Below, in pieces: positions 59,868 to 64,000 of a DNA stretch of 64,000 bases. Both the position numbers and the translations under genes were made by a program. The notes below the pieces were generated by a model, which had not been told where the DNA came from, ran no database searches, and saw only the letters and a list, made by a program, of their open reading frames with translations. The stretch comes from the human T2T-CHM13v2.0 reference genome, Homo sapiens. Numbering within the stretch: the stretch's first letter is position 1; the number at the start of each line of letters is the position of its first letter. The DNA is taken from assembly GCF_009914755.1 (NCBI RefSeq), contig NC_060938.1; one strand, written 5' to 3'.

Positions 59868-62800
59868 TCAAAACTGCTCAATAAAAAGATAGCTTCAACT
59901 CTGTGAGTTGAATGTACACATCTTGAAAAAGTTTCTCATAATGCTTCTGTTTAGTTTTTATGTGAAGATATTTCCTTTTACACAATAGCCTTGATAGTGT
60001 TCCAAATATCCACTAGAATCCACAGATTCTAGAAAAAGAGTTTTTCAAAACTGCTCAGTCAAAAGAAAAGTTCAACTCTATGAGATGAATGCACACATCG
60101 CAAAGATGTTTCTCAGAATGCTTCTGTGTACAAGTTTTTATGTGAAGATATTCCCTTTTCCACCATAGGCTCCAAAGTGCTCCAAATATCCACTTGAAGA
60201 TTCTTCAAAAAGAGTGTCTCCAAACTGTTCAATAAAAAGAAGCATTCAACTCTGTGAGATGAACGCACACATCACAAAGGAGTTTCTGAGAATGCTCTGT
60301 GTACTTTTAATGTGAAGCTATTTCCTTTTCCACTGCAGGCCTCAAAGCACTCCAAATATCCACTTGGAGATTCTACATAAAGAGAGATTTAAAACTGCTC
60401 AATCAAAAGATTGGTTGTAATCTGTGTGTTGAATGCATACATCACAAAGAAGTTTCTGAGACGGCTGTGTTTTTCTTTTTTTATGTGAAGGTATTTCCTT
60501 TTCCACCATAGGCTTCCAAGCGCTCCAAATATCCACTTGCAGATTCTACAAAAAGATGTTTCCAAACTGCTCAATCAAAAGAAAGTTTCAACTCAGTGAG
60601 ATGAATGCATACATCAAAAAGTACTTTCTCAGAATGCTTCTGTGTAGTTTTTACGTGAAGACATTTCCTTTTCCACCATATGCCACAAATGGCTCCAAAT
60701 ATCCAATTGCATATTCTACAAAAAGAGTGTTTCCAAACTGCTCAAAGGAAATGTTCAACTCTGTGAGATGAATGCACACGTCACAAAGAAGTTTCTCAGA
60801 ATGCTTCTGTGTAGTTTCTATCTGAAGATATTCCCTTTTCAACAGCAGGCCGCAAACGGCTCCAAATATCCACTTCCAGATTCTACAAAAAGAGAGTTTC
60901 AAAACTGCTTAATCAAAGGATATGTTCAACTCTGTGATTTGAATGCATATGTCACTAAAAAGTTTCTCAGAATCCTTCTTTGTAGGTTTTATGTGAAGAT
61001 ATTTCCTTTTCAAAACTAGGCCTGAAAGCCCTCCAAATATCCACTTGCAGATTCTAAAAAAGGAGTTTTTCCAAACTGCTAAATCAAAAGAAAGTTTCAA
61101 CTCTGTGAAATGAAAGCACACAAAGCAAAGAAGTTTCTCAGAATGCAACTGTGTAGTTTTTATGTGAAAATATCTCCTTTTCCACCATAGGCCTCAAAGC
61201 GCTCCAAATATCCAATTGCAGATTATACAAAAAGAGTGTTTCAAAACTGATCAATGAAAAGAAATTTTCAACACTGTGAGTGGAATGCTCACATCACAAA
61301 GAAGATTATCAGATTTCCTCTGTGTACTTTTTATGTGAAGATATTTCCTTTTCCACAATAGGCCCCAAAATGCTCCAAATATCCACTTGCAGATTCCACA
61401 AAAAGAGTATTTTAAAATTGCTCAATCAAAAGTCAGTTTCAACTCTGAGAGATGAATGCACACATCACAAAGAAGTTTCTCAGAATGCTTCTGTGTAGTT
61501 TTTATGTGAAGATATTTCCTTTACCATAATAGGCCTCAAAGCACTCCAAATATCCACTTGCAATTTCTAAAAAAAGTGTTTAAAAACTGCTCAAACAAAA
61601 GAAAGTTTCAACTCTCTGAGATGAATGTACACATCAAACAAGTTTCTGAGAATGCTTCTGTGTAGTTTTTATTGGAAGATATTTCCTTTTCCTCCATATG
61701 TCAGAAAGGGCTCCAAATGTCCACTTGCAGATTCTACAAAAAGACAGATTCAAAACTGCTCGATGAAAAGAGAGGTTCAACACTGTGAGTTGAATACACA
61801 CATCAATAATACGTTTCTCAGAATGCTTCTGTGTAGTATTTATGTGAAGATATTTCCTTTTCCACAGTAAGCCTCAAAGCGCTCCAAATATCCACTTGCA
61901 GATTCTAGAAAGACAATGTTTCAAAACTGCTCAATCGTAAGATAGGTTCAAACCCGTGAGATGAATGCACACATCACAAAGAAGTTTTTCAGAATGGTTC
62001 TGTGTATTTTTTATGTGAAGCTATTTGCTTTTCAGTGGTAAGCCTCAAAACCCTGCAAATACTGACTTACAGATTCTACAAGAACAGTGTTTGAAAACTG
62101 CTGAATCAAAAGAAAGTTGGAATTTTGTGAGATGAATGCACACATCACAAAGTTTCTCAGAATGCTTCTGTGTAGTTTTTATGTGAAGATATTTCTTTGC
62201 CATAGTAGGCCTCAAAGCACTCCAAGTATCCACTTGCAGATTCTACAAAGAGTGTTTCAAAACTGCTTAATCATAAGATAGGTACAACTCTGTGAGACGA
62301 AAACACACATCACAAAGAAGTTTCTCAGAATGCCTCTGTGTAGTTTTTATTTGAAGATATCTCCTTTTCCTCCGTAGGTGGCATAGGGCTCCAATTATCT
62401 ACTTGCAGATTCTACAAAAAGAGAGATGCAAAACTGCTTAATCAAAAGATAGGTACAACTCTGTGAGTTGAATACAAACATCACAAAGATGTGTCTCAGA
62501 ATGCTTCTCTGTAGTTTTTATGTGAACATATTTCCTTTTCCACAATAGGCCTCAAAGTGCTCCAAATATCCACTTACAGATACTACAAAAAGAGTGTTTC
62601 AAAACTGCTCAATAAAAAGAAAGTTCAACTCTGTGAGATGAATGTACACATCACAAAGAAATTTCTCAATATGCTTCTGTGCAGTTTTTATGTGAAGATA
62701 TATGCTTTTCCACCGTAGGCCTCCAGGGGCTCCGTATATGCACTTACAGATTCTACAAAAACAGTGTTTCAAAACTGCTCAATCAAAATAAAGGTTGAAC

Positions 62801-64000
62801 ACTGTGAGATTAATCCACATATCACAAAGAAGTTTCTCAGAGTGTTTCTGTGTAGTTTTTATGTGAAGATATTTCCTTTTCCACAGTAGGCCTCAAAGCA
62901 CACCAAATATCCACTTGCAGATTCTAGAAAGAGAGTGTTTCAATACTGCTCAATCATAAGATAGTTTCAACCTTGTGAGATGAATGCACGCATCACAAAG
63001 AAGTGTCTCAGAATTCTTCTGACTAGTTTTTATATGAAGATATTTCCTTTTCCACCATAGGCCTTAAAGCGCTACAAATGTACGCTTGCATATCCTACAA
63101 AAAGTGTATTTCCTAACTGGTCCGTCAAAAGAATGGTTCAAATCTGGGAGATGAATGCACACATCACAAAGAAGTTTCTCAGAATTCTTCTGCCTTGTTT
63201 TTATGTGAAGATAATTTCTTTTCCACCACAGGCCCCAAATCGCTCCAAATGTCCACTTGCAGATTCTACAAAAAGAGAGTTTCAAAACTGCTCAATCAAA
63301 AAAAAGTTTAACTGTGTGAGATGTATGCACACATAACAAAGAAGTCTTTCAGATTGCTTCTGTCTGGATTTTATGTGATGATATTTCCTTTTCTACCATA
63401 GGCCACAAAGTGTTCCAAATGTCCACTTGCAGATTCTACAAAAAGTGTGTTTCCAAACTGCTTAATCAAAAGAAATGTTCAACTCTGAGAGATGAACGCA
63501 CTCATCACAAAGAAGTTTGTCAGAATTCTTCTGTCTAGTTTTTATATGAAGATACTTCCTTTTCCACCTTAGGCCTGAAGGCTCTCAAAATGTCCACTTG
63601 CAGATTCTACAAAAAGAGTATTTCAAAACTGTTCCACCAAAAGAAAGCTTCAACTCTGAGAGATGAATGCACACATCACAAAGAAGTTTCTCAGAATGCT
63701 TCTATCTAGTTTTTATGTGAAGATATTTCCTTTTGCACTATAGGCCTCAAAGCACTCCAAATGTCCACTTGCAGATTCTACAAAAGAGAGTTTCAAAACT
63801 ACTCAATGAAAATAAAGGTTTAACTCCTTGAGACGAATGCACACATCACAAAGAAGTTTGTGAGATTGCTTTTGTCTAGATTTTAAGTGAAGATATTTCC
63901 TTTTCTACAATAGGCCACAAAGCAATCCAAATGTCCATTTGTAGATTCTACAAAAAGAGTGTTTCCAAACTGCTGAATCAAATGAAAAGTTCAACTTTGT

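Overview
Primate (human/ape-like) genomic DNA spanning a chromosome-arm-to-pericentromere junction. No intact protein-coding gene is supported. 1-35 kb is ancient euchromatin-like sequence rich in MIR/L2/MaLR/DNA-transposon fossils. It includes an old L1MA, a 7SL retrocopy with an internal 9-unit VNTR, a complete Ricksha-type MULE transposon (transposase remnant plus captured HERV-L/MLT2 piece, with nested Alu, FLAM and full-length THE1), a possible orphan terminal exon/3'UTR and a 43-bp VNTR. 35-49.5 kb is an L1-dense zone: a full-length L1PA4-like element is split by a younger L1PA3-like copy carrying a ~260-bp 3' transduction, followed by several abruptly truncated TEs. 49.5-64 kb is diverged monomeric alpha satellite with no CENP-B box seen, apparent layers, relic multi-monomer duplications and two young L1 insertions (one with a 17-bp twin-priming inversion, one with a 144-bp target-site duplication). 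I found no evidence of a new multi-gene system; the notable items are retrotransposition and satellite-evolution events. Repeat family names come from recalled consensus sequences, not a database run, and boundaries of old repeats are approximate.
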